Source: a virus. Taken from it: a stretch of DNA of 64,000 nt. The translations under genes and the position numbers were made by a program. Below the pieces are notes generated by a model. That model was not told the origin of the DNA. It did not search any database and saw nothing but the letters and a program-made list of their open reading frames with translations. The DNA is taken from positions 32,001 to 96,000 of the IMG/VR virus record IMGVR_UViG_3300020048_003770. One strand, written 5' to 3'. Positions 28,210 to 36,168 of this stretch are shown here, piece after piece. Numbering within the stretch: position 1 is the stretch's first letter; every line of letters starts with the position of its first letter.

Positions 28210-29382
28210 TCAAGCGAGGGCAGCTTGACTCACGTCAAGTCTGACACCCTCTCGCCAGCAGGATGATGTCCCATCCTTTAAATCATTTAAACCTCTCTTA
28301 ACTATATTTATAGCTGCGTTCATATCTCTATTATGAGAAGTCAAACACTCAGGACAAACCCACTCTCTATCTTTTTGAGTTAATTCATTGTTCTTATATC
28401 CACAGGAACTGCATGTTTTCGTACTGGCAAACCATTTATCAATATGGTGAATAATTTTTCCATATTCCAAAGCTTTATTTTCCAATATTCCCATGAAATT
28501 AGAAAATCCAAGATCATTTATCTTCTTCCCATGTTCTTTTTTCATTGAACTGATATCCAAAGTTTCAAAAAACATAACATCATAAGTTTCACATAATTGT
28601 TTTGCAAGTTTGAAATGATAATCTAATCTTTTATTTGCAACTTTCTTATGTAATTTAGCCAATTGATGTTTTGCTTGTTGGTAATTATTTGAACCTTCAG
28701 TCTTTCTTGATAATGTCTTGTTCGCTTTGGATATCTTGTTTCTATTTTGTTTGAAAAATAGTGGAGCTTTTATTTTGGTTCCATCATCTTTAACTAGAAA
28801 ATCCGTACATCCGAAATCAAAGCCTGCGGTTTCACCCGTCATGGAAATTAATTCAGAATCATTTTCTAATTCGCAAACAATATAAACATACCAATCCTCT
28901 GATTTATCTTTTTTAAGTGTAATGCATTTTATTTCTCCTTTTGTTTCTCTTGATTTCCAGTATTTGTAAATTCTGTTATTTATTTTGATTTGGTTGAACG
29001 GCAATATTTTGTATCCATCTTGTTTGAAGGTAATGCTTGCATAGGATCTAACTTTTTTGAATGATGGAGGGCTTACTTTTCTAGTTTTGTTTTTCTTTTT
29101 GCAATTATCAAAGAATGCCTTGTATCCTTTTTGGATTCTATCTGTAATTTCTTGAATAGCTTGAGCGTTTACTTTTTTCCAGAATGAATATTTTTCTAAT
29201 TTTTTCAGTTTTGTGATATGTTTTTGGAGTTGAAATTTATTGAGGGATTTTCCGAATAGTTTGTAATATCTATAGTGGAGAGCGATGCAGTGGTTATAGA
29301 TATTGCCTGCTATTTTGGTTTGTTCATTCAGGAATTTGTTTTTCTTTGAATGATATAATTTATATTTGAATGTCTTTATCAT
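28210..29382 (-). CDS. tnpB: RNA-guided endonuclease TnpB
   Basis: KTFKYKLY HTH start; RuvC GFDFG / FFETLD / RDMNAAINI; zinc ribbon CSSCG..CPEC. Confidence 0.95.
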   Translation of the reverse strand: MIKTFKYKLYHSKKNKFLNEQTKIAGNIYNHCIALHYRYYKLFGKSLNKFQLQKHITKLKKLEKYSFWKKVNAQAIQEITDRIQKGYKAFFDNCKKKNKTRKVSPPSFKKVRSYASITFKQDGYKILPFNQIKINNRIYKYWKSRETKGEIKCITLKKDKSEDWYVYIVCELENDSELISMTGETAGFDFGCTDFLVKDDGTKIKAPLFFKQNRNKISKANKTLSRKTEGSNNYQQAKHQLAKLHKKVANKRLDYHFKLAKQLCETYDVMFFETLDISSMKKEHGKKINDLGFSNFMGILENKALEYGKIIHHIDKWFASTKTCSSCGYKNNELTQKDREWVCPECLTSHNRDMNAAINIVKRGLNDLKDGTSSCWREGVRLDVSQAALA

Positions 29383-29539
29383 TATCTTTTAGAACCTTGA
29401 GGTATTTTTTCAGGAACATTTTAAATGCGCCTGAAATATTTATGGCGTAATTATTTTTAAGTTCTTCCATGGCGTCGAAGTCTTCTTGATTTAATCTGAA
29501 GGCATATGGGTATTGTTTTTTAACATAATTATTTTTCAT
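29360..29539 (-). CDS. small ribbon-helix-helix-like DNA-binding protein (59 aa, not in ORF track)
   Basis: MKNNYVKKQYPYAFRLNQEDFDAMEELKNNYAINISGAFKMFLKKYL..; overlaps the tnpB start. Confidence 0.6.
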   Translation of the reverse strand: MKNNYVKKQYPYAFRLNQEDFDAMEELKNNYAINISGAFKMFLKKYLKVLKDNDKDIQI

Positions 29540-29682
29540 GTTTATTTATTCAATACTTTTCAAATAATTCCTTTATTTGTAAATGAGAAAATAATTTAAA
29601 ATAGTTCTTGATTATTAAAAGGAGTTATGTATAATGATTAGGAACATTAAATAGATTCGAGATTTGGAGAAGGAATAAAATT

Positions 29683-29760
29683 ATGTATATTAAAACGAAA
29701 ACAGTAGAAAAAGCAACGGTATTCAAAAAAACCGTTATGGGCTTATTCTGTTTTGTTTAA
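29683..29760 (+). CDS. attenuator leader peptide MYIKTKTVEKATVFKKTVMGLFCFV
   Basis: AAGGA RBS after a TTGATT-N17-TATAAT promoter; codons 4-18 are 12/15 Lys/Thr/Val. Confidence 0.75.
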   Translation: MYIKTKTVEKATVFKKTVMGLFCFV

Positions 29761-29810
29761 GTACAAAATAGATTTTTAAAAGCCCGTAAGTGTTACTTGC
29801 GGGCTTTTTT
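29739..29810 (+). promoter_or_regulatory. transcription attenuator 2 (antiterminator/terminator)
   Basis: gggctt..tctgttttgt pairs acaaaataga..aagccc; mutually exclusive with terminator aaaagcccgtaag/cttgcgggctttttt. Confidence 0.8.
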
Positions 29811-29847
29811 GTTTTATTTAATGGTAATTTGGGGGATAGAATAAAAT

Positions 29848-29922
29848 GGAAGTGTAGTTCAACGGTAGAACAACGGTCTTTTAAACCGTGAAATGATGGT
29901 TCGATTCCATCCACTTCTACCA
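29848..29922 (+). tRNA. tRNA-Lys(UUU)
   Basis: acggt-cttttaa-accgt; cloverleaf; CCA. Confidence 0.92.
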
Positions 29923-29964
29923 TTTTTAAAGGAAACGATAAGAAGGAATATGATATAATATAAT

Positions 29965-30038
29965 GGGCGATTAGTTCAATGGTAGAACTCTGTCTTTACA
30001 CGGCAGTTACGGGAGTTCGATTCTCTCATCGCCTACCA
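29965..30038 (+). tRNA. tRNA-Val(UAC)
   Basis: ctgtc-tttacac-ggcag; CCA. Confidence 0.92.
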
Positions 30039-30062
30039 TTTTAAAAAAGAAAGGGAGTTGTA

Positions 30063-30242
30063 ATGAAAATATTAAATGTAGATACTAAGATCCACGAAGC
30101 GATAGGAATGACTATATTGACGAAAGAAGATGTCGCTAGCAGAAGATTGGGAGAACCTATGGAGATATGGCCGAAAGACTGTTCATTTAATCCATCGGGA
30201 ATCTCTTTGGAAGAAGCTAGAGGAGCAATGAGGAAAATGTAA
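30063..30242 (+). CDS. small hypothetical protein (59 aa)
   Basis: GGGAG RBS; MKILNVDTKIHEAIG.. Confidence 0.45.
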   Translation: MKILNVDTKIHEAIGMTILTKEDVASRRLGEPMEIWPKDCSFNPSGISLEEARGAMRKM

Positions 30243-30297
30243 AGAACATAGAGGGGAGAAGGTTGTAGTTGAAGAAATTAAAACATTATTTAAAAAC

Positions 30298-30373
30298 GCC
30301 GGTTTAGCTCAGTTGGTAGAGCAATAGTTTTGTAAACTATAGGTCGTCGGATCGTACCCGTCAACCGGCTCCA
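30298..30373 (+). tRNA. tRNA-Thr(UGU)
   Basis: atagt-tttgtaa-actat; CCA. Confidence 0.92.
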
Positions 30374-30382
30374 TTTTTTAAT

Positions 30383-30458
30383 GCCACCATAGCTCAGTTG
30401 GTAGAGCAATAGTTTCGTAAACTTTAGGTCGCAGGTTCGATGCTTGCTGGTGGCTCCA
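30383..30458 (+). tRNA. tRNA-Thr(CGU)
   Basis: anticodon loop ttcgtaa; gccacca/tggtggc; CCA. Confidence 0.9.
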
Positions 30459-30497
30459 TAAAAGAAAATAACCGTATAAGATAAAAGATTTTAAAAC

Positions 30498-31264
30498 GAT
30501 GGTATGGCGGAAAATGGTTATGCGCCTTACTTATTTTTATATTTATAAAGGATTTTTATTTTGTTTATAGAATAAATATTTATGAATGAAATAAAAATAG
30601 AAAATATTCAAAAATATTATAATGACGGACATTCTTGGAGAGAAGTAATTGAAGAATTCCATACGGGCTGGAAAACGATACAGAAACTAGTTAGAAGTGG
30701 GAAGTTGATTTCTAGAAGTTTATCTGAGAGTACTAAGCTGGCATATAAAATTGGGAAAATAGTAAAAGTGCATACAGAAGAAAGTAAGAAGCATCTATCG
30801 GCAATTGCAAAGAAAAGGGGATTGGGTGGCGATAGACCGAGTAAGCATATTGAATATAACGGCTTTAAATTATGTTCGACATATGAATTGAGAGTTGCAA
30901 AAATTTTAGATAAAAGTGAAATAAAATGGATAAAACCAAAAACTACGTTTGGGTGGACTGATTTAAATAACGAAAAACACACATACCATCCGGACTTTTT
31001 TTTGCCGGATTTTAATGTCTATTTAGATCCGAAAAACAGTTATTGCATAGAAAGAGATAAAGAAAAAATTAAAAGGGTTAGAATGGAGAATATGGTTAGC
31101 GTTTTTATTATTCCGATAGAAGTTATAAAAAAATGGGAAAATAAAATAATAATAAGCATACAAGATATAAATCAAGATACGGAAGGTTTGTAGTTCTAAG
31201 GTGAAGGACATATGTCAAAATTTGTAATAAGAACTATGGGGTTTCGATACCTCTGCCGGCTCCA
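30498..31264 (+). pseudogene. tRNA-like gene split at the anticodon loop by an endonuclease ORF
   Basis: 5' half gatggtatggcggaaaatggttatgcgccttactt; 3' half gatacggaagg..ggggtttcgatacctctgccggctcca. Confidence 0.55.
30582..31193 (+). CDS. putative homing endonuclease (NUMOD3-like plus PD-(D/E)xK)
   Basis: HTEESKKHLS; STYELRVA..YHPDFFL..YLDPKN. Confidence 0.75.
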   Translation: MNEIKIENIQKYYNDGHSWREVIEEFHTGWKTIQKLVRSGKLISRSLSESTKLAYKIGKIVKVHTEESKKHLSAIAKKRGLGGDRPSKHIEYNGFKLCSTYELRVAKILDKSEIKWIKPKTTFGWTDLNNEKHTYHPDFFLPDFNVYLDPKNSYCIERDKEKIKRVRMENMVSVFIIPIEVIKKWENKIIISIQDINQDTEGL

Positions 31265-31270
31265 TTTTTT

Positions 31271-31390
31271 GCCAAAGATGCTTAGGAGTTCGATTCTCCT
31301 TCGTTCCATTTGACGGGACGGATGGTTCACAAAGTGCTACGGTGACACGGTTCGCTACTGTATCGGGTTCGATTCCCGACTTTGGCTCCA
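31271..31390 (+). ncRNA. atypical 120-nt tRNA-like RNA with two T-loop hairpins
   Basis: gccaaag/ctttggc plus UCCA; aggag-ttcgatt-ctcct and tcggg-ttcgatt-cccga. Confidence 0.6.
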
Positions 31391-31406
31391 TTTTTAGAGG
31401 AATGAT

Positions 31407-31580
31407 ATGAATATAAAAAACGAGATAGAACTTGATGCCGCCCTTGAACACATAAATGATAATTGGCATTTATTAGATATTCCAGATGATGCCGATTCTG
31501 AATTGGTTACTAAACGCGATAATCTTCTTAAATTAATTTATGATGCTGAAGAGTACGAGAAGAAATATGTTTTTGATTAA
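31407..31580 (+). CDS. small helical protein resembling the HigA antitoxin N-terminal domain (57 aa)
   Basis: IKNEIELDAALEHI..RDNLLKLIYDAEEYEKKY; GAGG RBS. Confidence 0.4.
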   Translation: MNIKNEIELDAALEHINDNWHLLDIPDDADSELVTKRDNLLKLIYDAEEYEKKYVFD

Positions 31581-31591
31581 TATAAGTGCAT

Positions 31592-31666
31592 GGATTGCAA
31601 GCTTTTATGGTGAAGCAATAGATTCTTAATCTTTGGAACGGGGTTCAAGTCCCTGGAGATCTACCA
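31592..31666 (+). tRNA. tRNA-Lys(CUU)
   Basis: anticodon loop ttcttaa; T-arm cgggg-ttcaagt-ccctg; CCA; imperfect stems. Confidence 0.8.
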
Positions 31667-31740
31667 ATTTTTATCTTGATTTTCTATTCCTCTTATTGTA
31701 TAATATAACATCGATTAGAATAATTATGGAAAGGGAAATT

Positions 31741-32016
31741 ATGGAATTAAAATGTTTTGAAGATATTGATGAAATGATGACGATACCAGCAGGGCATTTT
31801 GTAAACCATGTTGATTTAGATTGTGATACTCCATATTGTCAAGTGTGTCGAGAAAGTGACATGAAAGATTTTGACGATAAGATATTCGTTCCGAAAGCAC
31901 TGGCGTATTATTTGCGGACTCATTTTTGTGGAAGTGAAAGAATGCATAAATCTCTTAAGGAAGACGGAAGAAGATCTTGTCAGAATGAAATAAAAGAAGC
32001 ATTAGGAATAAAATAG
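31741..32016 (+). CDS. hypothetical protein
   Basis: ORF after a sigma70-type promoter. Confidence 0.55.
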   Translation: MELKCFEDIDEMMTIPAGHFVNHVDLDCDTPYCQVCRESDMKDFDDKIFVPKALAYYLRTHFCGSERMHKSLKEDGRRSCQNEIKEALGIK

Positions 32017-32026
32017 AAGGTAAATC

Positions 32027-32812
32027 ATGAAATTAAAATTTTTAGGAGTTGGTGGAGCTTTTTGTGATTCAAATCAGTATCAGTCTAATTGTGCGATTGA
32101 AATAGATGATAAATTGTTTTTAATTGATTGTGGGTCGGATATTAGATTCTCTTTGAAAGAACAATATCCACTTATAAATAATGGCAATATTTCTGATTAT
32201 GTTAAGTGGGTTTATATTTCTCATTTGCATGGAGATCATTGTCACGGATTGGAATGGTTAGGATATTGTACTTACTTTAATCCATCAGCCAGTAAGCCTA
32301 TTCTAATTGGAGATAGTAATGTCATTCATTCGTTATGGGATTATACACTGAAAGGTACAATGGGCGATGTAAAAGGTAAAGAGTTAAAGTTGAATGATTT
32401 CTTTGAGATTATGGATTCTGATTGTTCAAATCGAAATCTTATGATTGGGGATAAAGAGCAAATGTTATTGACGTTAGTTGAATCTCCTCATGTTGATCCT
32501 TATAAAAAGTCATTTGGATTATTTATTGAGACCCCACGCAGAAAAACGTATTATACTTCCGATGTCAATGATTCTAATATGGTTGTCAATAAAAAATATT
32601 ATGAACATGCGGATATTATATTTCATGATTGCGAGACATACAAGTTTCATTCAGGCGTTCATGCTCATTATGAATCGCTTAAAAATTTGCCATATAATAT
32701 AAAGGAGAAAATTTGGTTGTATCATTACAGTGACGATGCGATAGATAAATATGATCCGGTTTTTGATGGGTTTAGTGGATTTTGCAAGAAAGGGGATTGG
32801 TTTCAGATATGA
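32027..32812 (+). CDS. MBL-fold metallo-hydrolase, Apyc1/RNase Z-like
   Basis: FLGVGGAF, LIDCG, SHLHGDH, LWDYTLKG, YTSD, FHDC, VHA..L, LYHYSD. Confidence 0.85.
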   Translation: MKLKFLGVGGAFCDSNQYQSNCAIEIDDKLFLIDCGSDIRFSLKEQYPLINNGNISDYVKWVYISHLHGDHCHGLEWLGYCTYFNPSASKPILIGDSNVIHSLWDYTLKGTMGDVKGKELKLNDFFEIMDSDCSNRNLMIGDKEQMLLTLVESPHVDPYKKSFGLFIETPRRKTYYTSDVNDSNMVVNKKYYEHADIIFHDCETYKFHSGVHAHYESLKNLPYNIKEKIWLYHYSDDAIDKYDPVFDGFSGFCKKGDWFQI

Positions 32813-33147
32813 ATGGTTTATGGAAAAACCAATATGAAGTTTCATGGTGTGGGCTTTGCGAGGTAGCTTCAATAGTTTGTCCTGTTTGCAAAGCTACATC
32901 TTGTAATGGGACTTCTTGTTCGGTTTGCCATGAAGATTTCAGTGAGTTTTGTTCCTCAGTTAGTTATTGTTATGAAGATTATTGTTCAGACAAAGAAATT
33001 AACGCTTATAATAAAGTGAGAAGAATTCAATCATTAATTGTCAGTTCAATCCAAATGGGTGATGATAAAATAAATTGGGAACATATGGAAGAGCAAGGGC
33101 GGCTTTGCGAAAATGACCGTGAAATATTCAATCTAAAATCAGAGTAA
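32809..33147 (+). CDS. Cys-rich hypothetical protein
   Basis: several CxxC motifs. Confidence 0.55.
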   Translation: MNGLWKNQYEVSWCGLCEVASIVCPVCKATSCNGTSCSVCHEDFSEFCSSVSYCYEDYCSDKEINAYNKVRRIQSLIVSSIQMGDDKINWEHMEEQGRLCENDREIFNLKSE

Positions 33148-33151
33148 TGAA

Positions 33152-33484
33152 ATGAAAAACAAAATAATTAATGATCATATGAAATGGGCGAAAGATAATG
33201 GATTTTGTACACAATGTATTCATCCATGGTTTGATGGTCTATGTAGTTGCGGGAATTATGCGAAATATGCCAACAGAATAGATGCAATAACTATATTGGC
33301 TTTGGAAGAGCTTGATGAAGATTGGGATAAGAAAAGGCAAAAATATAATGAGCAAATAAAAAAACGTATGAAAATTGTAAAAAAGAAAACCGTGGATAAT
33401 CCCAAATGGATGACTAAGCTGAAAGATTATATGATGAGTAAAATGATTGAAAATATTTGTAAGGAAGATTACAATGCAAATTAA
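33152..33484 (+). CDS. hypothetical protein
   Basis: ORF track. Confidence 0.5.
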   Translation: MKNKIINDHMKWAKDNGFCTQCIHPWFDGLCSCGNYAKYANRIDAITILALEELDEDWDKKRQKYNEQIKKRMKIVKKKTVDNPKWMTKLKDYMMSKMIENICKEDYNAN

Positions 33485-34091
33485 GTTAGAAAATGATAAA
33501 ACAATTCATATTTGTTTAGGAGACATTACTAGAGTCGCTGCTGTAGATGTCATAGTTAACGCTGCACATAGAGCTTTACTTGGCGGTGGAGGGGTAGATG
33601 GAGCAATTCATAGGGCGGCTGGAGAAGAGCTTTTAATGGAATGTAGAGATATTCCATGCGATAAAAATGGAGTTAGATGCAAAACTGGAGAAGCTCATAT
33701 AACAAAAGGATATAATCTTCCTGCAAAATATGTAATCCACACTGTTGCTCCTATTTTTGTAGGTGGAATAATCAGAAGGAATATTGATGGAGTAATGACG
33801 CCAATTTTTAATAACGTTAGCCCAGAAGACGGTAATTTGCAAATGGCTGAATGTTATAAGAATTGTATTGAGTTGGCAGAGACGCACAGTCTTAAGTCTA
33901 TAGCGTTTCCTTCATTGGGTACTGGAGGTCATGCTTATCCGATAGAGATTGCATGTCCAATTGCTATAAAAACGGTTATTGAAGCTCTTAAAAATACAAA
34001 ATCTGTTAAAGATGTTGTATTTGTTTGTTTCAGTTCTGAGGATTGGGAATTTTATGAGGAAACGGCAACTGGAATAATGAAGACTAACTGA
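33474..34091 (+). CDS. macrodomain ADP-ribose hydrolase (YmdB/MacroD-like)
   Basis: GDIT, IVNAAH..LLGGGGVDGAIHRAAG, VIHTVAP, SIAFPSLGTG. Confidence 0.92.
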   Translation: MQIKLENDKTIHICLGDITRVAAVDVIVNAAHRALLGGGGVDGAIHRAAGEELLMECRDIPCDKNGVRCKTGEAHITKGYNLPAKYVIHTVAPIFVGGIIRRNIDGVMTPIFNNVSPEDGNLQMAECYKNCIELAETHSLKSIAFPSLGTGGHAYPIEIACPIAIKTVIEALKNTKSVKDVVFVCFSSEDWEFYEETATGIMKTN

Positions 34092-34320
34092 TAATTGGTA
34101 TCCAGTCTTTATAAAAACTGAAAATGTATGCTTGCCCTTTCAGTTTTTCTTTAATATCTTCAGAAATATTTGAATTTATTGATATTTTACCATCTAAAAT
34201 ATCATTTGGATCTATCATTGTATTTTCAGCAGGATGTGACCCGTCAAGATTACAATAAGTCGATGGATTAAAAACATAATCCTCAACTTCTTTCATTACT
34301 GGTGCTTTTTTTATTATCAT
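34084..34320 (-). CDS. hypothetical protein
   Basis: ORF track. Confidence 0.45.
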   Translation of the reverse strand: MIIKKAPVMKEVEDYVFNPSTYCNLDGSHPAENTMIDPNDILDGKISINSNISEDIKEKLKGQAYIFSFYKDWIPIIS

Positions 34321-34357
34321 AGGAATATTATATGGCTTTAAAAATAAAAGTCAAGAA

Positions 34358-35095
34358 TTATTTTGCATTTGGGAATATTTCTTTTATTCTTTTCAAATAG
34401 ATATCAACAATTTGTCGTTCAACATGCTCTGCCATTGTTTCGCCTACTGTTTTTTTTATCAGTTGCTCTTCTTTGTTGTTATTTGAGAATAATTGTTCAT
34501 GGATAAATTGAGTTATGTTATCGTTTATTGGCACATTCCGTTTTTTGCTTTGTAACATGAAGCCTTTTATAAATGGAACTTGTTCGGATTGGTCGATGAG
34601 ATATTGCGCCATACTTTCGAATTGTATTTTGATGTCTTTAGACCTTAATCCTTCCTGTGAATATTTTGGTTTTAAAAGTCCATTAAGGTCGTCGGCATAA
34701 TGTTGCAATTCGTGCCTTATGACATTTACGGCGTCCATATAAAAATCATTATAGATATTGTGGTCGAAAGAAGGACTGAATTTGATATTTACGGTAATTT
34801 CTCGAATGAATATAGTTATTTTATTACTAAGTTGCATTTCGCGTCTGACATATTTTGCTTCAATTAAATATGGGGGATTTATATAGGTGTCTATAACTTC
34901 CATTTTTATTGTATATAACAGGTTTGTTTTGATTCCATCATAGTTTAGATTATCTGTGCTAGAATAGCCGTTTAGATATTCTTTTGTAATTTTCCCTTGT
35001 GCATTTAGTCGTCGAATTTTTGAAGATATTTCTTTTGCTAAGGTATTGGTTATTGTATCCAGAGCGTTGCGGAAAGCTATTTTGTAAATTTTCAT
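34358..35095 (-). CDS. HExxH zincin-like protein with MKIYKIAF N-terminus
   Basis: VIRHELQH..Y....SE; AGGA-type promoter upstream. Confidence 0.6.
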   Translation of the reverse strand: MKIYKIAFRNALDTITNTLAKEISSKIRRLNAQGKITKEYLNGYSSTDNLNYDGIKTNLLYTIKMEVIDTYINPPYLIEAKYVRREMQLSNKITIFIREITVNIKFSPSFDHNIYNDFYMDAVNVIRHELQHYADDLNGLLKPKYSQEGLRSKDIKIQFESMAQYLIDQSEQVPFIKGFMLQSKKRNVPINDNITQFIHEQLFSNNNKEEQLIKKTVGETMAEHVERQIVDIYLKRIKEIFPNAK

Positions 35096-35202
35096 ATTCA
35101 TTATAATTCTTGGTTTGAAAATTGAACTCCTGCATTTTTGTAGTTGCTTCCAGTCTAATTTAATGTATAATATTATCGTAACCAAATTAGAAAGGAGATA
35201 GG

Positions 35203-35460
35203 ATGAAATATTACATACAGCGGCATGCAAGTGGATATGTTGGCAATTGTTTATTGTGGTGGAGGAAAGGTGGACATGGATATACCTGTGACTTAGATGA
35301 TGCTGAAGTTTTTGAGTCAGAGTCTGAGGAATTTAAATCCGCTTCAAGAGATAAATCAACATTTACAGCTTGGGAAAAAGATTATGTTGATTCAGTTTCT
35401 CAAAGGCATGCGGTTTGTGAGAGTTTGGATTTCAAGAAACATTCATTATTTAAGGAGTAA
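35203..35460 (+). CDS. conserved small phage protein
   Basis: YVGNCLLWW..GYTCDLDDA. Confidence 0.6.
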   Translation: MKYYIQRHASGYVGNCLLWWRKGGHGYTCDLDDAEVFESESEEFKSASRDKSTFTAWEKDYVDSVSQRHAVCESLDFKKHSLFKE

Positions 35461-35461
35461 A

Positions 35462-35722
35462 ATGATAACAATAAGAGATTTTTATACCAGTAGATGTGTT
35501 CCATGTCAGCAATTAGCTCCTGTTTTGGAAAAAATTGCTAATGAGAATGATGATGTTAAGTTAGTTAAAATTGATTGTGAGAAGAATCTTGAGTTAGCTA
35601 TTGCAGAAGGAATCCGTTCAGTCCCAGTTTTAATTATTGAATCAGATAATGGTGACGTAGTTAGATTAAATGGTATGCAAACGGAAGCTGCTATTTTAAA
35701 AGAGATTGATTTGATGCGTTAA
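35462..35722 (+). CDS. thioredoxin
   Basis: DFYTSRCVPCQQLAP, GIRSVP. Confidence 0.85.
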   Translation: MITIRDFYTSRCVPCQQLAPVLEKIANENDDVKLVKIDCEKNLELAIAEGIRSVPVLIIESDNGDVVRLNGMQTEAAILKEIDLMR

Positions 35723-35725
35723 AAT

Positions 35726-36166
35726 ATGCATAAGTTAATTGTATATATTGATATGGATGGCGTTTTATGTGATTTCAAATCTGCATATGACGCTAAAAAA
35801 CATATTATTAAGTATCCTCAGGCGGAATTTGATTTTTTCAGAAAATTAAAGCCAATTGAAGGGGCGATAGACGCTTTCAATGCCTTATTTGAAAAATTCG
35901 ATACCTATATATTGACAGCTCCATCTATTTATAATCCGATTTGTTATATGGAAAAAAGGTTGTGGGTAGAAGATTATTTAGGGCTAAGGGCGGTTGAAAA
36001 ATTGATATTAAGCAATCATAAAGAGTTGTTGATCGGCGATTATTTAATAGATGATAATTGCAAAGGTCAAGGACAAGATGGATTCAAGGGGAAATTGATT
36101 CATTTTGGTTCGGATAAGGTTAAATCATGGTCAGATGTTATGATGTATTTTAAGTCAAAGGAGTAA
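35726..36166 (+). CDS. HAD-family 5'(3')-deoxyribonucleotidase (NT5C-like)
   Basis: YIDMDGVLCDF, EKRLWV, GDYLIDD. Confidence 0.9.
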   Translation: MHKLIVYIDMDGVLCDFKSAYDAKKHIIKYPQAEFDFFRKLKPIEGAIDAFNALFEKFDTYILTAPSIYNPICYMEKRLWVEDYLGLRAVEKLILSNHKELLIGDYLIDDNCKGQGQDGFKGKLIHFGSDKVKSWSDVMMYFKSKE

Positions 36167-36168
36167 TT

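Larger units (their letters stand above)
28170..29580 (-). mobile_element. TnpA-less IS605-derived element (RHH + TnpB)
   Basis: right-end hairpin gaatcccctgaatttattcatggggagtatgTCAA ending at 28170; left boundary approximate. Confidence 0.7.

Noticed and set aside
29735-31469. Minus-strand ORFs 29735..29923 and 31215..31469
   Set aside because: They are antisense translations of tRNA genes.
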